The notes beneath the pieces are model-generated. The model saw only the letters and a list, made by a program, of their open reading frames with translations, did not search any database and had not been told where the DNA came from. From Eledone cirrhosa (taxonomy: Eukaryota): a stretch of 64,000 nt of DNA. Numbering within the stretch: the stretch's first letter is position 1; the number at the start of each line of letters is the position of its first letter. Of the stretch, positions 9,563-23,803 are shown piece by piece. The stretch lies in assembly GCA_964016885.1 (NCBI GenBank), contig OZ024740.1:176762001-176826000 (forward strand), given 5' to 3'. Both the position numbers and the translations under genes were made by a program.

Positions 9563-10341
9563 TTATTACAATATTTTTAATCTACAGTAGCTCTTCTAAT
9601 TGATGAGTACCCATATAATTTTAATCTACACTAGCTCTTCTAAGACATGAGTGCCCATATAATTTTGAATTACACTAGGTCTTTCAAGCGATCAGTGTCC
9701 ATATATTTGTCAATCAATAATACAGATTAATGTCAGTAAATGCGTTTAAAATTATGTGAGAAAGTGACTAGTTTTGCTTACATAGTTTAGTGATTACCAC
9801 GCCAGATTCACAAGCAGGAGATCGCGATTCCGAAACTTTCTGTAATTCTTGTTTCAATTAAAAACAATCTCCAGTTGTGTCATGATCCTTAGATGCTTAA
9901 ATATTTTTCCATCTATCAACACGGTAGCTTCAATGTGCAGTGGTGTATATTTTATCCTATACTAGATTTGGGCTGACTTGTGCCATACAACAGTACTGAA
10001 GTATTTCCTAAATATATATAACCGCTAATTAAATTTAGATTGTTAATGAACTGCTTCCAAATTTCCTCATCATGAAACCAAACGATGGCTTATTACCAAA
10101 TATAGCCTTATTAAACATGTTTACATGTCCAGTAAATTAGTGAAAGATGTATAAATGTAGAGGTAGCTGATTAGCCATGTAAATACTACGTTATGAACGA
10201 TTTTATATATTTAGCATCTACGTCAAGAACTTTGTTTAACGCATGTCAGCCTAGTTTCAGCATTGGTAAAGTATGTAGCAATGGATATTGACATTGGCAA
10301 GGATATGATCAGGAGAAATATCTGAAAAAAAAGGAGTGTCA

Positions 10342-10414
10342 AAGTTCCAGCATGTTTCGAACTCACGACCATCTGCGTGTAAAGCAGATATGATAACCAC
10401 TACACCATTGAACC
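10342..10414 (-). tRNA. trnV: tRNA-Val(TAC), unit 6
   Basis: C6A mismatch. Confidence 0.55.
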
Positions 10415-10532
10415 ACAGACTTGTTTTAGAACAAATATTGCCTCAATACATTTACATGTTATCAATTATGCTGAATTGAAACAAATGTAAATGTATTTGG
10501 TAAGACAATGTTTCTTCATTCATTCTTCATCT

Positions 10533-10605
10533 GGTTCCATGGTGTAGTGGTTATCACATCTGCTTAACACGCAGAAGGTCGTGAGTTCGAAACTCGCTGG
10601 TACCT
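10533..10605 (+). tRNA. trnV: tRNA-Val(AAC), unit 6
   Basis: T4.T69 mismatch. Confidence 0.8.
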
Positions 10606-11376
10606 TCAATTATCTTTTTTTTGTTTTACTTCTATTTCATTTTGTGTTGTGTTTGATAGAATCTCACATATTTCTTCTGACTATCTCCTCGACAATTTCT
10701 ATATCCAGTACTGTATATTTTACCTTACATATGCTGGAACTCTGCTGACCTCTGTTTTACAAAAGTACTTGACGTAGATTCGAAATATTAATAACCAATC
10801 AATATATAGTATTTATATTGTTAATCAACTGCTTCCAAATTTATACAACTTTCACTAAATTAACAGAAATATAAACGTGTTTCATAATGCAATATATGTT
10901 AGGAAGCAACCGTTTGATACAATGTTGTAGTGCGTATCTCATTTGCAAGAAACACGAGATGATCGCGGATTCGAAATTCGCAGCAAACACTCTTAATTTT
11001 CAATCTGAATAAATAATATATTTATTTACATTTTTCATACATTGCGTCATTTTAGTTGTCAATGAGGATTGAATACTTCAATGTTATTGAAAAACACATG
11101 TTATACAGTAGGCTTGAAAATAAAATATATTTGTTCCTATGTTCCAGAATAGAACATATTTGTAGAAATGATTGCCTAAATATGTCCAACCATGTGCTAA
11201 ACAATGACAATCATAATTTAGAAAGAAATTGCTCTTTATAAACATATTTAGTTTGATAATCTACACACAAGCCTTTTTCTGTGTAGATTGTACATATAAA
11301 TATTAGTGAAGTGAAATATTTCAAAATCACAAGATACGTATAAAAGAAAGTTATTCGATATCGAGAAAAGGAAATT

Positions 11377-11449
11377 GGTTCCATAGTGTAGTGGTTATCA
11401 CGTCTGCTTCACACGCGGAAGGTCGCGAGTTCGAGACTCGCTCGAGACT
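11377..11449 (+). pseudogene. trnV: tRNA-Val(CAC), broken acceptor, unit 7
   Basis: TCGAGAC 3' strand. Confidence 0.65.
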
Positions 11450-12228
11450 TTATTAATATATTTTTACACTACAGTAGCTCTTCTAATTCCTGAGTACCCA
11501 TATAATTTTAATCTACACTAGCTCTTCTAAGACATGAGTGCCCATATAATTTTAAATTACACTAGGTCTTTCAAGCCATCAGTGTCCATATATTTGTCAA
11601 TCAATAATACAGATTAATGTCAGTAAATGCGTTTAAAATTATGTGAGAAAGTGACTAGTTTTGCTTACATAGTTTAGTGATTACCACAACAGATTCACAA
11701 GCAGGAGATCGCGATTCCGAAACTTTCTGTAATTCTTGTTTCAATTAAAAACAATCTCCAGTTGTGTCATGATCCTTAGATGCTTAAATATTTTTCCATC
11801 TATCAACACGGTAGCTTCAATGTGCAGTGGTGTATATTTTATCCTATACTAGATTTGGGCCGACTTGTGCCATACAACAGTACTGAAGTATTTCCTAAAT
11901 ATATATAACCGCTAATAAAATTTAGATTGTTAATGAACTGCTTCCAAATTTCCTCATCATGAAACCAAACGATGGCATATTACCAAATATAGCCTTATTA
12001 AACATGTTTACATGTGCAGTAAATTAGTGAAAGATGTATAAATGTAGAGGTAGCAGATTAGCCATGTAAATACTACGTTATGAACGATTTTATATATTTA
12101 GCGTCTACGTCAAGAACTTTGTTTAACGCACATCAGCCTAGTTTCAGCATTGGTAAAGTATGTAGCAATGGATATTGACATTGGCAAGGAAATGATCAGC
12201 AGAAATATCTGAAAAAAAAGGAGTGTCA

Positions 12229-12301
12229 AAGTTCCAGCATGTTTCGAACTCACGACCATCTGCGTGTAAAGCAGATATGATAACCACTACACCATGGAAC
12301 C
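12229..12301 (-). tRNA. trnV: tRNA-Val(TAC), unit 7
   Basis: Array-consensus copy. Confidence 0.7.
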
Positions 12302-12419
12302 ACAGACTTGTTTTCGGACAAATATTGCCTCAATACATTTACATATTATCAATTTTGCTGAATTGAAACAAATGTAAATATATTTGATCAGACAATGTTT
12401 CTTGTTTCATTCTTCATCT

Positions 12420-12492
12420 GGTTCCATGGTGTAGTGGTTATCACATCTGCTTAACACGCAGAAGGTCGTGAGTTCGAAATTCGCTGGAACCT
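12420..12492 (+). tRNA. trnV: tRNA-Val(AAC), unit 7
   Basis: C61T. Confidence 0.78.
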
Positions 12493-13265
12493 TCAATTAT
12501 CTTTTTTTTTGTTTTACTTCTATTTGATTTTGTGTTGTGTTTGATAGAATCTCACATATTTCTTCTGACTATCTCCTCGACAATTTCTATATCCAGTACT
12601 GTATATTTTACCTATCATATGCTGGAACTCTGGTGCCCTGTGTTTTACAAAAGTACTTGACGTAGATTCGAAATATTAATAACCAATCATTATATAGTAT
12701 TTATATTGTTAATCAATTGCTTCCAAATTTATACAAGTTTCACTAAATTAACAGAAATATAATCGTGTTTCATAATGCAATATACGTTAGGAAGCAACCG
12801 TTTGATACAATGTTGTAGTGTGTATCTCATTTGCAAAAAACACGAGATGATCGCGGATTCGAAATTCGCAGCAAACACTCTTAATTTTCAATCTGAATAA
12901 ATAATATATTTATTTACATTTTTCATATCTTGCGTCATTTTAGTTGTCAATGAGGATTGAATACTTTTAACGTTATTGAAAAACACATGTTATACAGTAG
13001 GTTTGAAAATAAAATATATTTGTTCCTATGTTCCAGAATAGAACATATTTGTAGAAATGATTGCCTAAATATGTCCGACCATGTGCTAAACAATGACAAT
13101 CATAATTTAGAAAGAAATTGCTCCTTATAAACTTATTTAGTTTGATAATCTTCACACAAGCTTTTTTCTGTGTAGATTGTACATGTAAGTATTAGTGAAG
13201 TGAAATATTTCAAAATCACAAGATACGTATAAAAGAAAGTTATTCGATATCGAGAAAAGGAAATT

Positions 13266-13338
13266 GGTTCCATAGTGTAGTGATTATCACGTCTGCTTCA
13301 CACGCGGATGGTCGCGAGTTGGAAACTCGCTGGACCCT
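13266..13338 (+). pseudogene. trnV: tRNA-Val(CAC), A/B-box mutant, unit 8
   Basis: G19A, C56G. Confidence 0.7.
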
Positions 13339-14115
13339 TTATTACAATATTTTTAATCTACAGTAGCTCTTCTAATTGATGAGTACCCATATAATTTTAA
13401 TCTACACTAGCTCTTCTAAGACATGAGTGCCCATATAATTTTAAATTACACTAGGTCTTTCAAGCGATCAGTGTCCATATATTTGTCAATCAATAATACA
13501 GATTAATGTCAGTAAATGCGTTTAAAATTATGTGAGAAAGTGACTAGTTTTGCTTACATAGTTTAGTGATTACCACGCCAGATTCACAAGCAGGAGATCG
13601 CGATTCCGAAACTTTCTGTAATTCTTGTTTCAATTAAAAACAAACTCCAGTTGTATCATGATCCTTAGATGCTTAAATATTTTCCATCTATCAACACGGT
13701 GGCTTCAATGTGCAGTGGTGTATATTTTATCCTATACTAGATTTGGGCCGACTTGTGCCATACAACAGTACTGAAGTATTTCCTAAATATATATAACCGC
13801 TAATTAAGTTTAGATTGTTAATGAACTGCTTCCAAATTTCCTCATCATGAAACCAAACGATGGTTTATTACCAAATATAGCCTTATTAAACATGTTTACA
13901 TGTCCAGTAAATTAGTGAAAGATGTATAAATGTAGAGGTAGCTGATTAGCCATGTAAATACTACGTTATGAACGATTTTATATATTTAGCATCTACGTCA
14001 AAACTTTGTTTAACGCATGTCAGCCTAGTTTCAGCATTGGTAAAGTATGTAGCAATGGATATTGACATTGGCAAGGATATGATCTGGAGAAATATCTGAA
14101 AAAAAAGGAGTGTCA

Positions 14116-14188
14116 AAGTTCCAGCATGTTTCGAACTCACGACCATCTGCGTGTAAAGCAGATATGATAAACACTACACCATGGAACC
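14116..14188 (-). tRNA. trnV: tRNA-Val(TAC), unit 8
   Basis: G19T D-loop lesion. Confidence 0.55.
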
Positions 14189-14306
14189 ACAGACTTGTTT
14201 TAGAACAAATATTGCCTCAATACATTTACATTTTATCAATTATGCTGAATTGAAACAAATGTAAATGTATTTGATAAGACAATGTTTCTTCTTTCATTCT
14301 TCATCT

Positions 14307-14379
14307 GGTTCCATGGTGTAGTGGTTATCACATCTGCTTAACACGCAGAAGGTCGTGAGTTCGAAACTCGCTGGAACCT
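14307..14379 (+). tRNA. trnV: tRNA-Val(AAC), unit 8
   Basis: Intact. Confidence 0.9.
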
Positions 14380-15141
14380 TCAATTATCTTTTATTCTATT
14401 TCATTTTGTGTTGCGTTTCATAGAATCTCACATATTTCTTCTGACTATCTCCTCGACAATTTCTATATCCAGTACTGTATATTTTACCTATCATATGCTG
14501 GAACTCTGCTGACCTGTGTTTTACAAAAGTACTTGACGTAGATTCGAAATATTAATAACCAATCATTATATAGTATTTATATTGTTAATCAATTGCTTCC
14601 AAATTTATACAAGTTTCACTAAATTAACAGAAATATAAACGTGTTTCATAATGCAATATACGTTAGGAAGCAACCGTTTGATACAATGTTGTAGTGTGTA
14701 TCTCATTTGCAAAAAACACGAGATGATCGCGGATTCGAAATTCGCAGCAAACACTCTTAATTTTCAATCTGAATAAATAATATATTTATTTACATTTTTC
14801 ATATCTTGCGTCATTTTAGTTGTCAATGAGGATTGAATACTTTTAATGTTATTGAAAATCACATGTTATACAGTAGGTTTGAAAATAAAATATATTTGTT
14901 CCTATGTTCCAGAATAGAACATATTTGTAGAAATAATTGCCTAAATATGTCCGACCATGTGCTAAACAATGACAATCATAATTTAGAAAGAAATTGCTCT
15001 TTATAAACATATTTAGTTTGATAATCTACACACAAGCTTTTTTCTGTGTAGATTGTACATATAAATATTAGTGAAGTGAAATATTTCAAAATCACAAGAT
15101 ACGTATAAAAGAAAGTTATTCGATATCGAGAAAAGGAAATT

Positions 15142-15214
15142 GGTTCCATAGTGTAGTGGTTATCACGTCTGCTTCACACGCGGAAGGTCGCGAGTTCGAA
15201 ACTCGCTGGAGCCT
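15142..15214 (+). tRNA. trnV: tRNA-Val(CAC), unit 9
   Basis: Intact. Confidence 0.85.
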
Positions 15215-15994
15215 TTATTACAATATTTTTAATCTACAGTAGCTCTTCTAATTCATGAGTACCCATATAATTTTAATTATACACTAGCTCTTCTAAGACA
15301 TGAGTGCCCATATAATTTTAAATTACACTAGGTCTTTCAAGCCATCAGTGTCCATATAATTGTCCATCAATAATACAGATCAATGTCAGTAAATGCGTTT
15401 AAAATTATGTGAGAAAGTGACTAGTTTTGCTTACATAGTTTAGTGATTACCACGCCAGATTCACAAGCAGGAGATCGCGATTCCGAAACTTTCTGTAACT
15501 CTTGTTTCAATTAAAAACAAACTCCAGTTGTGTCATGATCCTTAGATGCTTAAATATTTTTCCATCTATCAACACGGTAGCTTCAATGTGCAGTGGTGTA
15601 TATTTTATCCTATACTAGATTTGGGCCGACTTGTGCCATACAACAGTACTGAAGTATTTCCTAAATATATATAAGCGCTAATTAAATTTAGATTGTTAAT
15701 GAACTTCTTCCAAATTTCCTCATCATGAAACCAAACGATGGCTTATTACCAAATATAGCCTTATTAAACATGTTTACATGTCCAGTAAATTAGTGAAATA
15801 TGTATAAATGTAGAGGTAGCTGATTAGCCATGTAAATACCACGTTATGAACGATTTTATATATTTAGCATCGACGTCAAGAACTTTGTTTAACGCATGAC
15901 AGCCTAGTTTCAGCATTGGTAAAGTATGTAGCAATGGATATTGACATTGGCAAGGATATGATCAGGAGAAATATCTGAAAAAAAAGGAGTGTCA

Positions 15995-16067
15995 AAGATC
16001 CAGCATGTTTCGAACTCACGACCATCTGCGTGTAAAGCAGATATGATAACCACTACACCATGGAACC
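15995..16067 (-). tRNA. trnV: tRNA-Val(TAC), unit 9
   Basis: Acceptor T3.T70 mismatch. Confidence 0.55.
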
Positions 16068-16185
16068 ACAGACTTGTTTTAGAACAAATATTGCCTCAAT
16101 ACATTTACATGTTATCAATTATGCTGAATTGAAACAAATGTAAATGTCTTTGATAAGACAATGTTTCTTCCTTCATTCTTCATCT

Positions 16186-16258
16186 GGTTCCATGGTGTAG
16201 TGGTTATCACATCTGCTTAACACGCAGAAGGTCGTGAGTTCGAAACTCGCTGGAACCT
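16186..16258 (+). tRNA. trnV: tRNA-Val(AAC), unit 9
   Basis: Intact. Confidence 0.9.
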
Positions 16259-17029
16259 TCAATTATCTTTTTTTGTTTTACTTCTATTTCATTTTGTGTT
16301 GTGTTTCATAGAATCTCACATATTTCTTCTGACTATCTCCTCGACAATTTCTATATCCAGTACTGTATATTTTCCCTATCATATGCTGGAACTCTGCTGA
16401 CCTGTGTTTTACACATGTACTTGACGTAGATTCGAAATATTAATAACCAATCATTATATAGTATTTATATTGTTAATGAACTGCTTCCAAATTTATACAA
16501 CTTTCACTAAATTAACAGAAATATAAACGTGTTTCATAATGCAATATACGTTAGGAAGCAACCGTTTGATACAATGTTGTAGTGTGTATCTCATTTGCAA
16601 AAAACACGAGATGATCGCGGATTCGAAATTCGCAGCAAACACTCTTAATTTTCAATCTGAATAAATAATATATTTATTTACATTTTTCATATCTTGCGTC
16701 ATTTTAGTTGTCAATGAGGATTGAATACTTTTAATGTTATTGAAAATCACATGTTATACAGTAGGTTTGAAAATAAAATATATTTGTTCCTATGTTCCAG
16801 AATAGAACATATTTGTAGAAATAATTGCCTAAATATGTCCGACCATGTGCTAAACAATGAAAATCATAATTTAGAAAGAAATTGCTCTTTATAAACATAT
16901 TTAGTTTGATAATCTACACACAAGCTTTTTTCTGTGTAGATTGTACATATAAATATTAGTGAAGTGAAATATTTCAAAATCACAAGATACGTATAAAAGA
17001 AAGTTATTCGATATCGAGAAAAGGAAATT

Positions 17030-17102
17030 GGTTCCATAGTGTAGTGGTTATCACGTCTGCTTCACACGCGGAAGGTCGCGAGTTCGAAACTCGCTGGAGC
17101 CT
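17030..17102 (+). tRNA. trnV: tRNA-Val(CAC), unit 10
   Basis: Intact. Confidence 0.85.
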
Positions 17103-17882
17103 TTATTACAATATTTTTAATCTACAGTAGCTCTTCTAATTCATGAGTACCCATATAATTTTAATTATACACTAGCTCTTCTAAGACATGAGTGCCCATA
17201 TAATTTTAAATTACACTAGGTCTTTCAAGCCATCAGTGTCCATATAATTGTCAATCAATAATACAGATCAATGTCAGTAAATGCGTTTAAAATTATGTGA
17301 GAAAGTGACTAGTTTTGCTTACATAGTTTAGTGATTACCACGCCAGATTCACAAGCAGGAGATCGCGATTCCGAAACTTTCTGTAACTCTTGTTTCAATT
17401 AAAAACAAACTCCAGTTGTGTCATGATCCTTAGATGCTTAAATATTTTTCCATCTATCAACACGGTAGCTTCAATGTGCAGTGGTGTATATTTTATCCTA
17501 TACTAGATTTGGGCCGACTTGTGCCATACAACAGTACTGAAGTATTTCCTAAATATATATAAGCGCTAATTAAATTTAGATTGTTAATGAACTTCTTCCA
17601 AATTTCCTCATCATGAAACCAAACGATGGCTTATTACCAAATATAGCCTTATTAAACATGTTTACATGTCCAGTAAATTAGTGAAATATGTATAAATGTA
17701 GAGGTAGCTGATTAGCCATGTAAATACCACGTTATGAACGATTTTATATATTTAGCATCGACGTCAAGAACTTTGTTTAACGCATGACAGCCTAGTTTCA
17801 GCATTGGTAAAGTATGTAGCAATGGATATTGACATTGGCAAGGATATGATCAGGAGAAATATCTGAAAAAAAAGGAGTGTCA

Positions 17883-17955
17883 AAGATCCAGAATGTTTCG
17901 AACTCACGACCATCTGCGTGTAAAGCAGATATGATAACCACTACACCATGGAACC
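17883..17955 (-). pseudogene. trnV: tRNA-Val(TAC), damaged, unit 10
   Basis: Acceptor mismatch and an extra T-stem mismatch. Confidence 0.6.
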
Positions 17956-18073
17956 ACAGACTTGTTTTAGAACAAATATTGCCTCAATACATTTACATGT
18001 TATCAATTATGCTGAATTGAAACAAATGTAAATGTCTTTGATAAGACAATGTTTCTTCCTTCATTCTTCATCT

Positions 18074-18146
18074 GGTTCCATGGTGTAGTGGTTATCACAT
18101 CTGCTTAACACGCAGAAGGTCGTGAGTTCGAAACTCGCTGGAACCT
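18074..18146 (+). tRNA. trnV: tRNA-Val(AAC), unit 10
   Basis: Intact. Confidence 0.9.
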
Positions 18147-18916
18147 TCAATTAACTTTTTTTGTTTTACTTCTATTTCATTTTGTGTTGTGTTTCATAGA
18201 ATCTCACATATTTCTTCTGACTATCTCCTCGACAATTTCTATATCCAGTACTGTATATTTTCCCTATCATATGCTGGAACTCTGCTGACCTGTGTTTTAC
18301 ACATGTACTTGACGTAGATTCGAAATATTAATAACCAATCATTATATAGTATTTATATTGTTAATGAACTGCTTCCAAATTTATACAACTTTCACTAAAT
18401 TAACAGAAATATAAACGTGTTTCATAATGCAATATACGTTAGGAAGCAACCGTTTGATACAATGTTGTAGTGTGTATCTCATTTGCAAAAAACACGAGAT
18501 GATCGCGGATTCGAAATTCGCAGCAAACACTCTTAATTTTCAATCTGAATAAATAATATATTTATTTACATTTTTCATATCTTGCGTCATTTTAGTTGTT
18601 AATGAGGATTGAATATTTTAATGTTATTGAAAAACACATGTTATACAGTAGGTTTGAAAATAAAATATATTTGTTCCTATGTTCCAGAATAGAACATATT
18701 TGTAGAAATGATTGCCTAAATATGTCCGACCATGTGCTAAACAATGACAATCATAATTTAGAAAGAAATTGCTCCTTATAAACTTATTTAGTTTGATAAT
18801 CTTCACACAAGCTTTTTTCTGTGTAGATTGTACATGTAAGTATTAGTGAAGTGAAATATTTCAAAATCACAAGATACGTATAAAAGAAAGTTATTCGATA
18901 TCGAGAAAAGGAAATT

Positions 18917-18989
18917 GGTTCCATAGTGTAGTGATTATCACGTCTGCTTCACACGCGGATGGCCGCGAGTTCGAAACTCGCTGGACCCT
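18917..18989 (+). tRNA. trnV: tRNA-Val(CAC), unit 11 (possibly pseudogene)
   Basis: G19A and acceptor mismatch. Confidence 0.5.
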
Positions 18990-19768
18990 TTATTACAATA
19001 TTTTTAATCTACAGTAGCTCTTCTAATTGATGAGTACCCATATAATTTTAATCTACACTAGCTCTTCTAAGACATGAGTGCCCATATCATTTTAAATTAC
19101 ACCAAGTCTTTCAAGCCATCAGTGTCCATATACTTGTCAATCAATAATACAGATTAATGTCAGTAAATGCGTTTAAAATTATGTGAGAAAGTGACTAGTT
19201 TTGCTTACATAGTTTAGTGATTACCACGCCAGATTCACAAGCAGGAGATCGCGATTCCGAAACTTTCTGTAATTCTTGTTTCAATTAAAAACAAACTCCA
19301 GTTGTGTCATGATCCTTAGATGCTTAAATATTTTTCCATCTATCAACACGGTAGCTTCAATGTGCAGTGGTGTATATTTCATCCTATACTAGATTTGGGC
19401 CGACTTGTGCCATACAACAGTACTGAAATATTTCCTAAATATATATAACCGCTAATTAAATTTAGATTGTTAATGAACTGCTTCCAAATTTCCTCATCAT
19501 GAAACCAAACGATGGCTTATTACCAAATATAGCCTTATTAAACATGTTTACATGTCCAGTAAATTAATGACAGATGTATAAATGTAGAGGTAGCTGATTA
19601 GCCATGTAAATACCACGTTATGAACGATTTTATATATTTAGCATCTACGTCAAGAACTTTGTTTAACGCATGTCAGCCTAGTGTCAGCATTGGTAAAGTA
19701 TGTAGCAATGGATATTGACATTGGCAAGGATATGATCAGGAGAAATATCTGAAAAAAAAGGAGTGTCA

Positions 19769-19841
19769 AAGTTCCAGCATGTTTCGAACTCACGACCATC
19801 TGCGTGTAAAGCAGATATGATAACCACTACACCATGGAACC
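19769..19841 (-). tRNA. trnV: tRNA-Val(TAC), unit 11
   Basis: Array-consensus copy. Confidence 0.7.
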
Positions 19842-19959
19842 AGAGACTTGTTTTAGAACAAATATTGCCTCAATACATTTACATTTTATCAATTATGCTG
19901 AATTGAAACAAATGTAAATGTATTTGATAAGACAATGTTTCTTCTTTCATTCTTCATCT

Positions 19960-20032
19960 GGTTCCATGGTGTAGTGGTTATCACATCTGCTTAACACGCA
20001 GAAGGTCGTGAGTTCGTAACTCGCTGGAATCT
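19960..20032 (+). tRNA. trnV: tRNA-Val(AAC), unit 11
   Basis: A58T, G2.T71. Confidence 0.65.
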
Positions 20033-20802
20033 TCAATTATCTTTTTTTGTTTTACTTCTATTTCATTTTGTGTTGTGTTTCATAGAATCTCACATATTTC
20101 TTCTGACTATCTCCTCGACAATTTCTATATCCAGTACTGTATATTTTCCCTATCATATGCTGGAACTCTGCTGACCTGTGTTTTACACATGTACTTGACG
20201 TAGATTCGAAATATTAATAACCAATCATTATATAGTATTTATATTGTTAATGAACTGCTTCCAAATTTATACAACTTTCACTAAATTAACAGAAATATAA
20301 ACGTGTTTCATAATGCAATATATGTTAGGAAGCAACCGTTTGATACAATGTTGTAGTGTGTATCTCATTTGCAAAAAACTCGAGATGATCGCGGATTCGA
20401 AATTCGCAGCAAACACTCTTAAATTTCAATCTGAATAAATTATATATTTATTTACATTTTTCATATCTTGCGTCATTTTAGTTGTCAATGAGGATTGAAT
20501 ACATTAATGTTATTGAAAAACACATGTTATACAGTAGGTTTGAAAATAAAATATATTTGTTCCTATGTTCCAGAATAGAACATATTTGTAGAAATGATTA
20601 CCTAAATATGTCTGACCATGTGCTAAACAATGATAATCATAATTTAGAAAGAAATTGCTCTTTATAAACATATTTAGTTTGATAATCTACACACAAGCTT
20701 TTTTCTGTGTAGATTGTACATATAAATATTAGTGAAGTGAAATATTTCAAAATCACAAGATACGTATAAAAGAAAGTTATTCGATATCGAGAAAAGGAAA
20801 TT

Positions 20803-20875
20803 GGTTCCATAGTGTAGTGGTTATCACGTCTGCTTCACACGCGGATGGCCGCGAGTTCGAAACTCGCTGGACCCT
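20803..20875 (+). tRNA. trnV: tRNA-Val(CAC), unit 12
   Basis: As unit 1. Confidence 0.7.
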
Positions 20876-21654
20876 TTATTACAATATTTTTAATCTACAG
20901 TAGCTCTTCTAATTGATGAGTACCCATATAATTTTAATCTACACTAGCTCTTCTAAGACATGAGTGCCCATATAATTTTAAATTACACCAAGTCTTTCAA
21001 GCCATCAGTGTCCATATACTTGTCAATCAATAATACAGATTAATGTCAGTAAATGCGTTTAAAATTATGTGAGAAAGTGACTAGTTTTGCTTACATAGTT
21101 TAGTGATTACCACGCCAGATTAACAAGCAGGTGATCGCGATTCCGAAACTTTCTGTAATTCTTGTTTCAATTAAAAACAAACTCCAGTTGTGTCATGATC
21201 CTTAGATGCTTAAATATTTTTCCATCTATCAACACGGTAGCTTCAATGTGCAGTGGTGTATATTTTATCCTATACTAGATTTGGGCCGACTTGTGCCATA
21301 CAACAGTACTGAAGTATTTCCTAAATATATATAAGCGCTAATTAAATTTAGATTGTTAATGAACTGCTTCCAAATTTCCTCATCATGAAACCAAACGATG
21401 GCTTATTACCAAATAAAGCCTTATTAAACATGTTTACATGTCCAGTAAATTAGTGAAAGATGTATAAATGTAGAGGTAGCTGATTAGCCATGTAAATACT
21501 ACGTTATGAACGATTTTATATATTTAGCATCTACGTCAAGAACTTTGTTTAACGCATGTCAGCCTAGTTTCAGCATTGGTAAAGTATGTAGCAATGGATA
21601 TTGACATTGGCAAGGATATGATCAGGAGAAATATCTGAAAAAAAAGGAGTGTCA

Positions 21655-21727
21655 AAGTTGCAGCATGTTTCGAACTCACGACTATCTGCGTGTAAAGGAG
21701 ATATGAGAACCACTACACCATGGAACC
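21655..21727 (-). pseudogene. trnV: tRNA-Val(TAC), damaged allele, unit 12
   Basis: Same lesions as unit 1. Confidence 0.7.
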
Positions 21728-21845
21728 ACAGACTTGTTTTAGAACAAATATTGCCTCAATACATTTACATTTTATCAATTATGCTGAATTGAAACAAATG
21801 TAAATGTATTTGATAAGACAATGTTTCTTCTTTCATTCTTCATCT

Positions 21846-21918
21846 GGTTCCATGGTGTAGTGGTTATCACATCTGCTTAACACGCAGAAGGTCGTGAGTT
21901 CGAAACTCGCTGGAACCT
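21846..21918 (+). tRNA. trnV: tRNA-Val(AAC), unit 12
   Basis: Intact. Confidence 0.9.
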
Positions 21919-22688
21919 CCAATTATCTTTTTTTCTTTTACTTCTATTTCATTTTGTGTTGTGTTTGATAGAATCTCACATATTTCTTCTGACTATCTCC
22001 TCGACAATTTCTATATCCAGTACTGTATATTTTACCTTACATATGCTGGAACTCTGCTGACCTGTGTTTTACAAAAGTACTTGACGTAGATTCGAAATAT
22101 TAATAACCAATCATTATATAGTATTTATATTGTTAATCAATTGCTTCCAAATTTATACAAGTTTCACTAAATTAACAGAAATATAAACGTGTTTCATAAT
22201 GCAATATACGTTAGGAAGCAACCGTTTGATACAATGTTGTAGTGTGTATCTCATTTGCAAAAAACACGAGATGATCGCGGATTCGACATTCGCAGCAAAC
22301 ACTCTTAATTTTCAATCTGAATAAATAATATATTTATTTACATTTTTCATATCTTGCGTCATTTTAGTTGTTAATGAGGATTGAATATTTTAAAGTTATT
22401 GAAAAACACATGTTATACAGTAGGTTTGAAAACAAAATATATTTGTTCCTATGTTCCAGAATAGAACATATTTGTAGAAATGATTGCCTAAATATGTCCG
22501 ACCATGTGCTAAACAATGACAATCATAATTTAGAAAGAAATTGCTCCTTATAAACTTATTTAGTTTGATAATCTTCAAACAAGCTTTTTTCTGTGTAGAT
22601 TGTACATGTAAGTATTAGTGAAGTGAAATATTTCAAAATCACAAGATACGTATAAAAGAAAGTTATTCGATATCGAGAAAAGGAAATT

Positions 22689-22761
22689 GGTTCCATAGTG
22701 TAGTGGTTATCACGTCTGCTTCACACGCGGAAGGTCGCGAGTTCGAAACTCGCTGGAGCCC
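22689..22761 (+). tRNA. trnV: tRNA-Val(CAC), unit 13
   Basis: Intact. Confidence 0.85.
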
Positions 22762-23539
22762 TTATTACAATATTTTAATCTACAGTAGCTCTTCTAATTC
22801 ATGAGTGCCCATATCATTTTAATCTACACTAGCTCTTCTAAGACATGAGTGCCCATATAATTTTAAATTACACTAGGTCTTTCAAGCGATCAGTGTCCAT
22901 ATATTTGTCAATCAATAATACAGATTAATGTCAGTAAATGCGTTTAAAATTATGTGAGAAAGTGACTAGTTTTGCTTACATAGTTTAGTGATTACCACGC
23001 CAGATTCACAAGCAGGAGATCGCGATTCCGAAACTTTCTGTAATTCTTGTTTCAATTAAAAACAATCTCCAGTTGTGTCATGATCCTTAGATGCTTAAAT
23101 ATTTTTCCATCTATCAACACGGTAGCTTCAATGTGCAGTGGTGTATATTTTATCCTATACTAGATTTGGGCTGACTTGTGCCATACAACAGTACTGAAGT
23201 ATTTCCTAAATATATATAACCGCTAATTAAATTTAGATTGTTAATGAACTGCTTCCAAATTTCCTCATCATGAAACCAATCGATGGCTTATTACCAAATA
23301 TAGCCTTATTAAACATGTTTACATGTCCAGTAAATTAGTGAAAGATGTATAAATGTAGAGGTAGCTGATTAGCCATGTAAATACTACGTTATGAACGATT
23401 TTATATATTTAGCATCTACGTCAAGAACTTTGTTTAACGCATGTCAGCCTAGTTTCAGCATTGGTAAAGTATGTAGCAATGGATATTGACATTGGCAAGG
23501 ATATGATCAGGAGAAATATCTGAAAAAAAAGGAGTGTCA

Positions 23540-23612
23540 AAGTTCCAGCATGTTTCGAACTCACGACCATCTGCGTGTAAAGCAGATATGATAACCGCTA
23601 CACCATTGAACC
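23540..23612 (-). tRNA. trnV: tRNA-Val(TAC), unit 13
   Basis: C6A mismatch. Confidence 0.55.
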
Positions 23613-23730
23613 ACAGACTTGTTTTAGAACAAATATTGCCTCAATACATTTACATTTTATCAATTATGCTGAATTGAAACAAATGTAAATGTATTTGATA
23701 AGACAATGTTTCTTCTTTCATTCTTCATCT

Positions 23731-23803
23731 GGTTCCATGGTGTAGTGGTTATCACATCTGCTTAACACGCAGAAGGTCGTGAGTTCGAAACTCGCTGGAA
23801 CCT
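23731..23803 (+). tRNA. trnV: tRNA-Val(AAC), unit 13
   Basis: Intact. Confidence 0.9.

Larger units (their letters stand above)
1..13440. repeat. Higher-order duplication copy A (offset 20,751 bp = 11 units)
   Basis: Unit-specific variants and ORFs at 1617/3028/3504/5393/7280/9197/11056/12973 recur exactly +20,751; right boundary approximate. Confidence 0.9.
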
